Of a stretch of DNA of 64,000 nucleotides, positions 9,573 to 19,202 are shown piece by piece. The notes beneath the pieces are model-generated. The model was given only the letters and a program-made list of their open reading frames with translations, made no database searches and was not told where the DNA came from. Source of the DNA: Candidatus Pacebacteria bacterium CG_4_9_14_0_2_um_filter_40_15 (lineage in GTDB: Bacteria > Patescibacteriota > Microgenomatia > UBA1400 > PJMF01); the NCBI GenBank assembly GCA_002788675.1, contig PFRS01000001.1:170308-234307 (forward strand), in the 5' to 3' direction. Both the position numbers and the translations under genes were made by a program. Positions within the stretch are counted from its first letter, which is position 1. Each line of letters starts with the position of its first letter.

Positions 9573-10922
9573 ATGACTTCTATTTTCAATAGAAAAACTA
9601 TTTATACTTTTGTCTCTGCAGCTTTCATTATTGTTGGTACTGCTGTGGCTATCCAGTACGCCAAGGGAAACCTGCGCGTTACCGAGCAAGGATTTGTGCA
9701 AGGTACTGGTCTTCTGGCAGCTAACTCTTTTCCTACTGGGGCAGAAGTACACATTGACGACAAACTTGTAACTGCTACTGATGATACCATCTATCTTGAA
9801 CCTGGTCTCTACAATGTGGCCATCATTAAAGAAGGATACACTCCTTGGAACAAACAAGTTCGTATCGCAAAAGAACTCGTTACTCAAACAAATGCACAAC
9901 TCTTCCCGATTGCACCAAGTCTCTCAACACTCACCTTTACTGGCGTAACAAACCTGCAGCCTTCCCCAGATGGCGAAAAAGTCATTTACTACTCTGCTTC
10001 TGCCAGTGCTGAAAAGAAAAATGGTCTCTACATCTTGGGACTTACTCCAAACAACAACCTCACCCTCAGCAAAGGACCTAAGCAAATCGCTGAAGATTCT
10101 CGTAATTTCGACTTAACTACCGCACGCTATATCTGGTCACCTGATTCAACTGAAGTTATGGTTTTTAATGAAAACCGTACGGTTTTACTCGACGCAAGTA
10201 AATTAAATGATCTCGATTTACTGCCAGACATCGGCTACAAACAAAAACAGGTACTCAGCGAGTGGGAGCAAGAAATGTATCTTCGAGAAAGACAATTCTT
10301 AGCAGACTTTCCAGAAGAAATCATTCAGATTGCAACCATGAGTGCTGAAAATATTTACATTTCTCCAGACAAAAAACGTCTTATCTATACCGCGACTGAA
10401 ACCATCGCACTACCAGAAAACATGGTGCCTGATTCATTACCCTCAACCAATTCAATTGAAGAAGTTCGCGCACTAGAGCCTAACACCATCTATATCTATG
10501 ACCGCGAAGAAGACCGCAACTACCGCATAGCCGAGATTGCATCTGATTCTGCTAGAGCTACCAAAAAACTACTTGCATTTGATGCGTTTGATCCAAACTC
10601 TGCGCTTATCACAGCATCTCCAAGTTCCTTCACTAGTCTGCAAGCAACTGAATCTGCTCAAACGGCAAACAACTTTAACAGTTATCACAGTCCTGTGTAT
10701 GCAAATACTTTCCAATGGTATCCAGATTCAAAGCACTTACTTTACGTTGAAAATAATCAGATCAAAATCATGGAATTTGATGGCGGGAACCAAGTTACCC
10801 TCTACTCAGGACCATTTGCTGATCACTTTGTCTACCCTTCTCCAAACGGAGAGCGACTGATTATCATCACAAGCTTTAGCCCAGATTCTCCAATGAATCT
10901 CTACGCTGTTGAACTCAAGTAA
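9573..10922 (+). CDS. membrane-anchored PEGA-domain protein with TolB-like beta-propeller
   Basis: N-terminal TM helix. PEGA motif (FPTGAEVHIDDKLVTATDDTIYLEPGLYNVAIIKEGYTPWNKQVRI). Repeated SPDG/SPD(S/K) blade motifs. ATG 9573 lies 7 nt after a TATAAT box; a GTG alternative lies at 9549. Confidence 0.6.
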   Translation: MTSIFNRKTIYTFVSAAFIIVGTAVAIQYAKGNLRVTEQGFVQGTGLLAANSFPTGAEVHIDDKLVTATDDTIYLEPGLYNVAIIKEGYTPWNKQVRIAKELVTQTNAQLFPIAPSLSTLTFTGVTNLQPSPDGEKVIYYSASASAEKKNGLYILGLTPNNNLTLSKGPKQIAEDSRNFDLTTARYIWSPDSTEVMVFNENRTVLLDASKLNDLDLLPDIGYKQKQVLSEWEQEMYLRERQFLADFPEEIIQIATMSAENIYISPDKKRLIYTATETIALPENMVPDSLPSTNSIEEVRALEPNTIYIYDREEDRNYRIAEIASDSARATKKLLAFDAFDPNSALITASPSSFTSLQATESAQTANNFNSYHSPVYANTFQWYPDSKHLLYVENNQIKIMEFDGGNQVTLYSGPFADHFVYPSPNGERLIIITSFSPDSPMNLYAVELK

Positions 10923-10938
10923 TCATCCTCAAAAAAAT

Positions 10939-12039
10939 TTATCTGTGCAGCTTAAAAACAGTCATACTGCCACTGCCGACTTTGAGTCGAGTGTCATTAT
11001 CTGTGAGAATCACTTTAAAGGTATGCACATAGGGAAACAGTAAGAAAAGCGAGCGCGCAGCTAACTTCATCCGATCACAGTACATTTTGTTAAACAATTC
11101 TGAAAAAGATTCTCGATACATTGTGCCATCACTAATAAACATCTTTTGAAAAAGTGACGGCATCCATAACCTCGAATTCCCCTTAGTAAAAGACTTAAAT
11201 TTCTTTTCGAGCTGATCCACACTGAAATCTAAATTCCAGACGAACTCCCCCACTCCCAAATGCCAGGAAGAACGTACGATTAAGGCGTTTAACAACGTAT
11301 GAATGTCGCTAAAGGCATCTTTTTTTACACCATTTTCAAATGAACGGCCGCCAATACGATCACGACCAACATGCATTTTGTCGGCAGCAACTAACGCCCA
11401 TTGCAACGGCGTTCCATCTGCTAAATCCAATTTATTTTGAATTAACACGGGTTCTTCATGAAATAGAATTGCGTAGAGCGCTTGCCTAAACTCGTATGCA
11501 TTTTTTGAACTACGCTCGAACAACTTGGTAAGTAACCATGCACTGTAAGTGCTGTGCTCTTTACGTGTTTGTAAATTTCCGAGGTCGTGTGTCATACCCA
11601 CTAAAGTCATAAGGACTTCAGTCCTTTCATCGAATATACCACTACCATCAAAGGACGTTCCAGCTCGCTGCAATAGTTCTAAACCTGTCTGACTTACCCA
11701 AAGAGTATGGCGATCGGTATGATCATTAAAACCATTCTTAAGTTCTTGATCTAACACTGGACCCACATAGTTTAATGCTCTCCCTAAGCCGCTATACAGG
11801 TACGAAAGCGCCTCGCCACGAGACTTGATGCTCATGTAATGGTCGAAGTTAAAAACAGGTTTAATTCGAGGGCTGGCGTAGTTGGTTAAAAAAGGGAAAT
11901 CCTTCTTTTGATACGGAATAGAAAGCTCATCGAGGAATTGCCAAAACGGCACATTGTCTGGTCGCAAAAACTGATTGCTGGTGAGGGGGCTAACTAACGG
12001 GGTAGATCGATCTGATTGAGTGTGTTTCTGATTTGCCAT
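10939..12039 (-). CDS. HD-domain phosphohydrolase, dGTPase(Dgt)-like
   Basis: HTDRHTLWVSQTGLEL and MTHDLGNLQTRKEH resemble the His/Asp metal-binding motifs of dNTP triphosphohydrolases. Confidence 0.5.
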   Translation of the reverse strand: MANQKHTQSDRSTPLVSPLTSNQFLRPDNVPFWQFLDELSIPYQKKDFPFLTNYASPRIKPVFNFDHYMSIKSRGEALSYLYSGLGRALNYVGPVLDQELKNGFNDHTDRHTLWVSQTGLELLQRAGTSFDGSGIFDERTEVLMTLVGMTHDLGNLQTRKEHSTYSAWLLTKLFERSSKNAYEFRQALYAILFHEEPVLIQNKLDLADGTPLQWALVAADKMHVGRDRIGGRSFENGVKKDAFSDIHTLLNALIVRSSWHLGVGEFVWNLDFSVDQLEKKFKSFTKGNSRLWMPSLFQKMFISDGTMYRESFSELFNKMYCDRMKLAARSLFLLFPYVHTFKVILTDNDTRLKVGSGSMTVFKLHR

Positions 12040-12177
12040 GATGCCTAGAAATGTCGGTTAGAACACTCTCTTAAGGACGATCGTACTATACCACACTTGA
12101 CTAAAACCAGCGATGAGTAGTTGATGTGCAGAACTACTCACTCCTCAGCGGATGGTATAATTACCCTGAGTGAACAT

Positions 12178-12249
12178 GTCCTCATAGTTCAACGGATAAA
12201 ACAGTTGCCTCCTAAGCGACAGCTCCAGGTTCGATTCCTGGTGGGGACA
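12178..12249 (+). tRNA. tRNA-Arg (anticodon CCT)
   Basis: Hand-folded cloverleaf. Acceptor GTCCTCA/TGGGGAC with one G-U pair. Anticodon stem GTTGC/GCGAC with loop CT-CCT-AA. T-arm CCAGG-TTCGATT-CCTGG. GG present in the D-loop. Discriminator A, no encoded CCA. Confidence 0.7.
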
Positions 12250-12255
12250 CATACG

Positions 12256-12283
12256 AAAAAAGATCCCAAGTGGATCTTTTTTT
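12256..12283 (+). terminator. intrinsic terminator after tRNA-Arg
   Basis: AGATCC-caagt-GGATCT hairpin followed by TTTTTTT. Confidence 0.5.
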
Positions 12284-12401
12284 GTATGTATTCCTAGCAA
12301 AGGCATTGATCCCACGAACAAAGTGAGTTAGTTCTGCCGCCAAGTGACCTTGGAATTTTCTCTTTCTAGAATACACAAATCACGTGGCTAATACCCGGAG
12401 G

Positions 12402-12421
12402 GTAGATTCCTGGTGGGGACA
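12402..12421 (+). repeat. direct repeat of the tRNA-Arg 3' end (GATTCCTGGTGGGGACACA)
   Basis: 19-20-nt exact copy of the tRNA T-arm/acceptor 3' half, about 155 bp downstream of the tRNA. No full cloverleaf can be folded around it. Confidence 0.5.
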
Positions 12422-12423
12422 CA

Positions 12424-12454
12424 AATAAAAAGTGCCAGGCGAAACGCCTGGCAC
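12424..12454 (-). terminator. intrinsic terminator for ndk
   Basis: GTGCCAGGCG-aaa-CGCCTGGCAC hairpin. On the minus strand it is followed by a TTTTTATTT run, directly downstream of the ndk stop. Confidence 0.5.
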
Positions 12455-12476
12455 TTCACAATACATTCTTCTCAAG

Positions 12477-12959
12477 TTACTTTAGCGCATCCATTTCATA
12501 ATCTGCATAGATCACGGCTTCGCGGACACCTGCGTAGTGGAAAAGTTCTTCATCACTAAACACGATAGAAATTTCTCGTTTTGCATCACTGCCACTTGAA
12601 GAAGCGTGGATGAGGTTAAACTGTTGACTCATTCCGAAGTCTCCTCGGATAGAACCTGCTTCAGCCTCGCGGCCAAGAGTTGTTCCGACGAGTTTGCGAA
12701 CGACTGGAACGGCATCAATGCCCTCCCAAACCATACACACAATTGGCATAGAGCCCATGAATGACTTGAGGTCACCAAAGAAGCTTTTGTCTTTGTGCTC
12801 GACGTACCACTCACTGAGTTGCTTGTCATTTAAGTTAACCATCTTTAACCCGATGAGTTTAAGACCTTTGCGCTCGAAGCGACTAATAATTTCACCAATA
12901 AGTCCTCGTTGAAGACCATCTGGCTTGACTAGAACTGCTGTTCTTGTTGTATCAGACAT
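12477..12959 (-). CDS. ndk: nucleoside diphosphate kinase
   Basis: 160 aa, classic NDK fold sequence with an NLIHAS active-site histidine region. Confidence 0.9.
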   Translation of the reverse strand: MSDTTRTAVLVKPDGLQRGLIGEIISRFERKGLKLIGLKMVNLNDKQLSEWYVEHKDKSFFGDLKSFMGSMPIVCMVWEGIDAVPVVRKLVGTTLGREAEAGSIRGDFGMSQQFNLIHASSSGSDAKREISIVFSDEELFHYAGVREAVIYADYEMDALK

Positions 12960-13036
12960 AATGTCCTTTCTGTTGTACTGTTCACTAACAAACGTACGTA
13001 CTATTTACTTTTTTTTACTTATTACAAACCGTTATT

Positions 13037-14338
13037 TTACGCTAAAAACTTCTTAAATTGAGCATCAGATTTGTATGGACCAACAACTGCAAGGCGTAGT
13101 GCTCCAGGTTGAATGATCTCTTTCATGAGCGCATGTACTTCTTCTAAAGTGATTTTTCGAAGTTTAGCAATTACCTCATCTGGATCTTCCGCTTTATTAT
13201 TCAAGAGCTGTCGCAAACCATAGTACTGTGCCACTGACTCACTATCCTCGAAAGAAAGAGTCATCGAACCAATAATGTACTCCTTTGCTGAATCAAGCTC
13301 ATCTTGAGTAAATAAACGCTTTCCGCTGGCGACATCGGTGAACTCTGCTTTGATAACTTCAATTGCTTCAAAAATTCTCTTCGGAGTAACTCCTGCGGAA
13401 GCCCCAAACACACCTGTATCATGGAAGTAGTCAGCTGATGAACGAACATAGTAACATAAGCCTCGCTTCTCTCTCACCTCAGTAAAGAGACGAGAACTCA
13501 TGTTGCCACCAAGCATTACACTAGCTAGCGAAAGCACATTCTTTTGCTCATCAGATCTAGCTATACTCGGCCAGCCGAGTACTAAATGAGCTTGCTCAGT
13601 TTTTTTGTATGCAACTTTAAGTTTATGAGGAGACCATGGGCCTTTTTTGCTCATTTTAGTAGTCACATCAAACTTGCCAGTAGCTCGTACATCTGTTTCT
13701 TTGCTAAATGCTTCAAGCACAAGCTTCTTTGTATCAGCAGACTCAACAACCGATGGATCTCCAGCAAGAATCAAGACCATATTACCTAAACCATACCATT
13801 GTTTAAGGAAACGTTTAAAGTTCTCTGTTTTAAGTGAAGAAACTGTCTCCTTTGAACCAAGCACGTCATGTCCTAAAGCTGAGCCTTCAAAAGTCATGCG
13901 TTCAAAGATATTCTCCACTTGTCGCATTGGCATGTCTTCATACATATTTATTTCTTCAATAATGACACCTTTTTCTCGATCAATGTCTTCTTGCTTTAAT
14001 AATGGACGAAGCAGCATGTCTGAAACAACATCAATGGCCACGCCTACGTGCTTACTTGAGGATTTTACATAGTATCCCGTGTATTCTTTGCTTGTAAATG
14101 CATTAAAGTCAGCTCCAATCGAGTCGATAGACTTTGCCAATATTTGCGCAGTTGGATAACTCTGAGTACCTTTGAAAACCATATGTTCAAAGAAGTGGGC
14201 AATCCCCTCTTCTCGAGGTTGTTCAAATCGAGAACCAGTATTACACAACGCAAGTACGGTGACTGACTCCACGCCTGCCATTGGGACCACCATCACCGGT
14301 AATCCATTTTTTAGTTTTGAGAGTGAATGTTTCGTCAT
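13037..14338 (-). CDS. M16-family zinc metallopeptidase (insulinase/pitrilysin-like)
   Basis: Inverted zinc motif HFFEH...E near the N-terminus. About 430 aa, with the two-domain M16 architecture. Confidence 0.8.
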   Translation of the reverse strand: MTKHSLSKLKNGLPVMVVPMAGVESVTVLALCNTGSRFEQPREEGIAHFFEHMVFKGTQSYPTAQILAKSIDSIGADFNAFTSKEYTGYYVKSSSKHVGVAIDVVSDMLLRPLLKQEDIDREKGVIIEEINMYEDMPMRQVENIFERMTFEGSALGHDVLGSKETVSSLKTENFKRFLKQWYGLGNMVLILAGDPSVVESADTKKLVLEAFSKETDVRATGKFDVTTKMSKKGPWSPHKLKVAYKKTEQAHLVLGWPSIARSDEQKNVLSLASVMLGGNMSSRLFTEVREKRGLCYYVRSSADYFHDTGVFGASAGVTPKRIFEAIEVIKAEFTDVASGKRLFTQDELDSAKEYIIGSMTLSFEDSESVAQYYGLRQLLNNKAEDPDEVIAKLRKITLEEVHALMKEIIQPGALRLAVVGPYKSDAQFKKFLA

Positions 14339-14397
14339 CGTACAATTCCTTTTACTTTCGTCTCACCTACTCTTATTAGAGTAAGTGTCTAATTCTT

Positions 14398-16380
14398 TTA
14401 CATTTTTTCTACAGTTTTAATTCCTAATGTGGACAATCCATGCATAAGTACTTTTACCACAGACTGCGTTATTGCCAACCTGAGTTCAGTTACATGGGCA
14501 TCACTTTCATCAATGATTTTAGACTCGCTATAAAACGCATTAAACGACTGTGCCACCACAAAAAGATAGTTTGCGATGTGATGTGGCGCATATTCAGAGG
14601 CAGATTGCGAAAGAGTATCGAAATACATCAAAACATTTAGCAATAGATCTTTTTCATTTTTTTGAAGTGCGACTTTTGATTGTGTCAAACTATTAACTAA
14701 TATATCAATATGTTCAGCACTATATCTATTTTTGACTGTTATGCCTGCTTCTGATGCTTTGGCAAGCACACTCTTGGCTCGAACTAGAGAGTACAAGATG
14801 TAGGGACCTGAATTTCCAGTAAAAGCAAGTGATTCATCGAAATCAAAGGCTATGTCTTTGCCTATAGACTGCTTTAAAAAGGCGAATTTAATGGCACTCA
14901 GCCCCACCACCTCTGAAATTTCAGTTCGTTCTGCTTTGGTAAAGGTTTGGCGAGTGTCTGCAAGCACTTTTTCAATACGTGAATGAGCTTCATCCATCAG
15001 CCATTCTGCTGTAATAATTTTGCCGGTTCTGCTAGACATCTTTCCTTCGGGCAAGCGAACCATACCATGTGACATATGCACAGTCTTTGCGCGAAGGTCT
15101 GGATTGGTAATTTCTAGAGCCTTAAGCAAAACTTTGAAATATTCGTCTATCTCGTTTCCAGTAATGATAAGCGAAGTGTCATATTTAAAACGTCGATATT
15201 TTTCTGGAGCGAGGCCAAGCTCTTTTGCCTCGTAGGTTGGTAAGCCAAGTGAATTAATAAAGACGCGATTGTGTAAGTTGTATTTTTCACCAGGAAAAAT
15301 CACAGCACCTTCACTTTCAACAAAAACCCCTTTTGCTAAAAACTCGCGGACAATTTTAATGCCAAACTCTCCGACGACACTTTCGTAGAAGAAGTCCTCA
15401 AACTTCATGCCAATTCGCTGATACATGCTGTCAAAATAGGCTAAAGACCATGCCCGTCCGCGTGTATACAGTTTTTTAACTTCATCGTAGTTTTGGGCGG
15501 TCTGAGCAACATATTGTTTGTAATCGACCTGTGGCTCCCAACCGGTTTGTTCAACTAAATTTTCTTGTCCCGATAAAAAGGTAAGGTAATTAATATCCTT
15601 CATTTGTTCTGCTGAAGCTGGTTCATCTTTGTATGCTGACGCCCCAGTAGCATATGACTTGCCGAGGAAGTTAACTTTTTCTGAAAGTGTTTTTTCTTCC
15701 ATTTTGTCGACTGCTGCCATAATTGATACTTCTGGAAACTGTTGTTGGAGCAGTTTTTTCATACCCCAAACACTCTTAGCTACATGCATGCCAACATCAC
15801 CTTGGTAACAGACACGATGCACCTGTGCCCCTTGGCTCTCCAGAACCCTCGAAATGGCTTCACCAATAACATTACTGTATAAATGCCCGATATGCAGTTC
15901 TTTAAACGGATTTGGGTCTGTAAATTCGACCAGTATTTCTTTGCCTTGCAGTAATTGCGGACCAGAAATGTGCTCTTCTAACAAAAGTGATGAAAGGTTT
16001 TGTGTAAGAAAAGTATCGGTTAGTGTCATATTTACAAAACCAGGTCCTGCTACTGACACTGATTTGAAAATTTCTTTATTTTCTTCAAGAGTAACTGCAA
16101 TCTTTGCAGCCAATTCCCTTGGGTTTGAAACATGCAGTGTATCTAATACCGATGGATTCTCTTTTTTAAGCTTACCGAAAAGTGACATACTTGCTGGAAA
16201 TGCAAAGTGACCGTGCGATGGATCTGCTGGCCGTTCAATCAAGACTGAACTGTCTATAAGCGTATTTGGAATTCCTAATTGTAAAAGCGTTTCAACTATG
16301 TGAGATGAGAGTGTTTGAGTAAGTGAGTTTGTTGACATACTGGTTCGCAATGACTGCATACTTGATACATGATACACCAC
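14398..16380 (-). CDS. argS: arginine--tRNA ligase
   Basis: HIGH motif (LHIGHLYS), KMSSRTGK variant of KMSKS, ArgRS N-terminal additional domain. An alternative start lies at 16359. Confidence 0.9.
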   Translation of the reverse strand: MVYHVSSMQSLRTSMSTNSLTQTLSSHIVETLLQLGIPNTLIDSSVLIERPADPSHGHFAFPASMSLFGKLKKENPSVLDTLHVSNPRELAAKIAVTLEENKEIFKSVSVAGPGFVNMTLTDTFLTQNLSSLLLEEHISGPQLLQGKEILVEFTDPNPFKELHIGHLYSNVIGEAISRVLESQGAQVHRVCYQGDVGMHVAKSVWGMKKLLQQQFPEVSIMAAVDKMEEKTLSEKVNFLGKSYATGASAYKDEPASAEQMKDINYLTFLSGQENLVEQTGWEPQVDYKQYVAQTAQNYDEVKKLYTRGRAWSLAYFDSMYQRIGMKFEDFFYESVVGEFGIKIVREFLAKGVFVESEGAVIFPGEKYNLHNRVFINSLGLPTYEAKELGLAPEKYRRFKYDTSLIITGNEIDEYFKVLLKALEITNPDLRAKTVHMSHGMVRLPEGKMSSRTGKIITAEWLMDEAHSRIEKVLADTRQTFTKAERTEISEVVGLSAIKFAFLKQSIGKDIAFDFDESLAFTGNSGPYILYSLVRAKSVLAKASEAGITVKNRYSAEHIDILVNSLTQSKVALQKNEKDLLLNVLMYFDTLSQSASEYAPHHIANYLFVVAQSFNAFYSESKIIDESDAHVTELRLAITQSVVKVLMHGLSTLGIKTVEKM

Positions 16381-17308
16381 TCGGTGTTATGTTCTAAGAA
16401 CATACTTATCAAAGAGACCAATCACTTGGTGGTACCACTCTCCATTTTTGTACTATCGCTACTACAAACTCAGCAACTTGCATTTCACAAGTGTGTGCGT
16501 ATCGTGCATCTACGGATCATATTTTGATGATCGTTCGTTAGATTTTTACCTCGCAACTATTAAGATGCGGAGTAAAAGTCTCATGAGGGCTCGCGACTTC
16601 CCCTGGTGACGAAGCTACAAGGATAGTATATCAAATAAAACGAGTACGGTCTAACACACAAACTTGACCCGAATGGTATTGAGTACATTTTGTTGTTTTG
16701 ACCCTTTGTAAATTATTGTCAATAGTCCATGATTCCAGACTATTATTTTGTACTCTATATGCACATATTTGGAGAGGTGCACTTCAAAAAGCAAGTATCT
16801 TCTCACTTTCGGGTATTATTCGCTTTCACCGCTATATACATTTTTTCTTGCAAAAAAAATGAAAATGAAAAGACTCCTTGCAACTGTAAAAAAGAAATGA
16901 AGACCACTTCAAAGTACTCATTTCCCAAATATACACAAGAGTGTGAAATAAAATAAACCACAGAACATGTTTAAGAGCCTGATCATGAAAAGTTGTGACC
17001 AAGGCCCAACTACTCGGACGCTGTATAACACAAATGAATCTACCAGATAAGACCAGGCATAGCTATTGGGCATAAAAAAAACCACTTATTGAGAACATGA
17101 AACATAGGTTATGCAAAAATATGCCTATTTTTGGCATTTCACAGCCCTGTTTTTGTACTGAGCAGTTTTCTAGATCTGGTTTCGGGATGCGTTCGGTTTT
17201 ATACATTTTTACTACTTGCATGCAATGCCCAAACATGAAAGATTTAGTACTTATACATGCAAATTAACATAGTTTTGAGCTAAAATTGCTATCACTGCCA
17301 ATTTCTTG

Positions 17309-18232
17309 CTATTTTCCGCTCAAAATTGCGCCCTCTTTAAGGATAAATTCGACGGTACCTTCAGTATCAGTACGAAATAATCGACTACCAATATCCTCTA
17401 TTTGACGTAGTACTTGAGGTGAGGGATGCCCATATGTGTTATTTTTGCCAACTGAGACTACTGAAATTTCGGGTGATATTTCCCCGAGAAACTCCTTTGC
17501 CGTGCTTGTTTTAGCCCCGTGGTGCCCTATTTTTAGCACATTCACGGACTGTAGCGTTTGACTATCTAGCAATGCCAACTCGGCTTCTTTCTCGAGGTCA
17601 CCAGACAAGAATACACCCACCCCATCAATATCCATAATTATGCCTATAGATAGGTTGTTTTTTGTAGTTTTTGCAATTACATTTCCATCTAACCAACAGC
17701 TATTTTTATCCCATAACTGTGTTTCGGCTATGCTCTCAAAACAGTCACTTTCCAGGCGTGAGGCAAAAAAGGGATTGATCACCTTTCCAGTAATTTTTGT
17801 ATCTAAATGAATAATTTCACCATTAAACGGAAGTACTACTTCTCCTCCAGTGGCATGTATCTGGCTTATTTCCTCGAGTACTGTGCTTGAAATGAGTGTG
17901 TCTGGCTCTAGCGGTAAGTACATAATTGCTGAAACAACATACGATTCAAAGACAAATGGAAAGCCCCCAATGTGATCTGCATCTGGATGAGTTAACACTA
18001 CTAACTCAATTTTTTTATCCCAAAATGGCATCTTTTCTTCAAGACATTCTAAAACAGATGCATTTCTGCCTGTATCTACAAGCATTTGAGTTCCCCCATG
18101 GGTTATAAGGATAGCATCTCCTTGACCAACATCGCAAAAGATTACTCGCGACTGAGTCGTTGTTTCCTCAATAAAAAGGCCTCCAGCAACAAGAAAGCTT
18201 ATCAAGATGAGATTATAAAAAAGGCGTAGCAC
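17309..18232 (-). CDS. comEC: ComEC/Rec2 C-terminal metallo-beta-lactamase domain (downstream fragment of a frameshifted comEC)
   Basis: CDVGQGDAILI and HPDADHIGG MBL motifs. It begins with GTG overlapping the upstream fragment by 20 nt, in the +1 frame. Confidence 0.65.
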   Translation of the reverse strand: MLRLFYNLILISFLVAGGLFIEETTTQSRVIFCDVGQGDAILITHGGTQMLVDTGRNASVLECLEEKMPFWDKKIELVVLTHPDADHIGGFPFVFESYVVSAIMYLPLEPDTLISSTVLEEISQIHATGGEVVLPFNGEIIHLDTKITGKVINPFFASRLESDCFESIAETQLWDKNSCWLDGNVIAKTTKNNLSIGIIMDIDGVGVFLSGDLEKEAELALLDSQTLQSVNVLKIGHHGAKTSTAKEFLGEISPEISVVSVGKNNTYGHPSPQVLRQIEDIGSRLFRTDTEGTVEFILKEGAILSGK

Positions 18233-19202
18233 GATACTGAAAATACCTTCTTCTTGAGAAGAATACTAATAAGAGCGCCAGATAATACAGAAGAACTGTA
18301 GTAAAGGTTACTTTATACGAAATATTGGTTGGAAAATATGCCCCTACCTCAAGGAGTAATGAAAATGCACGAACAAGCACTGTAAATGCACTCACCAATG
18401 GCAGGCTCGGCATGTTTGCGGACGAAAACACTAGCATAGACGCTGTCTGCCAGGCTAAAAGAACGAATCCAAAGAAGAGTAAAAGAGCTACTACGGGAGA
18501 AAACACTACAGAAAAGAAAATACTTAGTGGATTCCAAGCCCCAAAGTAAAACAACAACAGCGGAGCTATGCACATATTCACGTACACTGACGTTTTTAAT
18601 TGTGAAACAACATACTCTCCAATATTGGCGATTCTATAGCGCGGAACAAGAAAGTACAGTGAAAACACTGCCCCATACGAGAGTAAGAATGATGCAGAAA
18701 CTACGGTCAGATCCGACGTGGGCAACACAGTACAGATGGTATAGAACCCAACTAGAAGTAGATACACATACTTCCTAGAGCTCAACCGTTTTAGGATAGT
18801 ACCTCCAAATACATACCACTGCATAACCAGAACCCTAATAATTGGAGTTGAAAATCCGATCATAGCGCCAAAGACAGTTAAGAATAGTAACGACACCCAG
18901 AGCTTAACTACCCATGGTATTGGCAACCACCTTACTGATTTTAAAATGTATCCTCGCAGCAAACTAACATGCATACCTGAAATGACAAAAAAATACAACG
19001 TCCCTGTAGTTTTTATTTGTAACATGGTTGAGTTTGACAAATCAGCGCTATTTCCAAGCAACAAACTATTAAAATAACCACTCGGGGTCACCTCGAGTAG
19101 CCTTTTTACGTTCGAAAGTAACAAATCTAGATAATTAGTGAGGTATGTGCTGAACATGCGCTGCCGAACTTTAAGCCCTTCTCTTTTTGCAATACTTTGC
19201 AA
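18213..19202 (-). CDS. comEC: ComEC/Rec2 competence (polytopic membrane channel) domain (upstream fragment of frameshifted comEC)
   Basis: LLLGNSADLSNSTMLQIKTTGTLYFFVISGMHVSLL competence-domain signature and many TM helices. It terminates inside an A6/T6 homopolymer. Confidence 0.65.
   Translation of the reverse strand: MQSIAKREGLKVRQRMFSTYLTNYLDLLLSNVKRLLEVTPSGYFNSLLLGNSADLSNSTMLQIKTTGTLYFFVISGMHVSLLRGYILKSVRWLPIPWVVKLWVSLLFLTVFGAMIGFSTPIIRVLVMQWYVFGGTILKRLSSRKYVYLLLVGFYTICTVLPTSDLTVVSASFLLSYGAVFSLYFLVPRYRIANIGEYVVSQLKTSVYVNMCIAPLLLFYFGAWNPLSIFFSVVFSPVVALLLFFGFVLLAWQTASMLVFSSANMPSLPLVSAFTVLVRAFSLLLEVGAYFPTNISYKVTFTTVLLYYLALLLVFFSRRRYFQYRATPFL

Noticed and set aside
12340-12421. Second tRNA gene around the duplicated 3' end
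   Set aside because: No matching 5' acceptor strand, D-arm or anticodon stem could be folded upstream of the T-arm-like copy. Only the last ~20 nt are tRNA-like.
16560-16620. RNase P RNA P4-like motif (AAAGTC...GGGCTC)
   Set aside because: A six-nucleotide insertion breaks the GAAAGUCCGGGCUCC consensus. No other RNase P hallmarks (P10-12 GGUGCGGUAAGAGCGCACC-like, 3' P4 strand) were seen nearby.
16729-16956. 75-aa ORF in the argS-comEC gap
   Set aside because: AT-rich, low-complexity (Lys/Glu/Cys runs), no RBS and no motif. Probably random.
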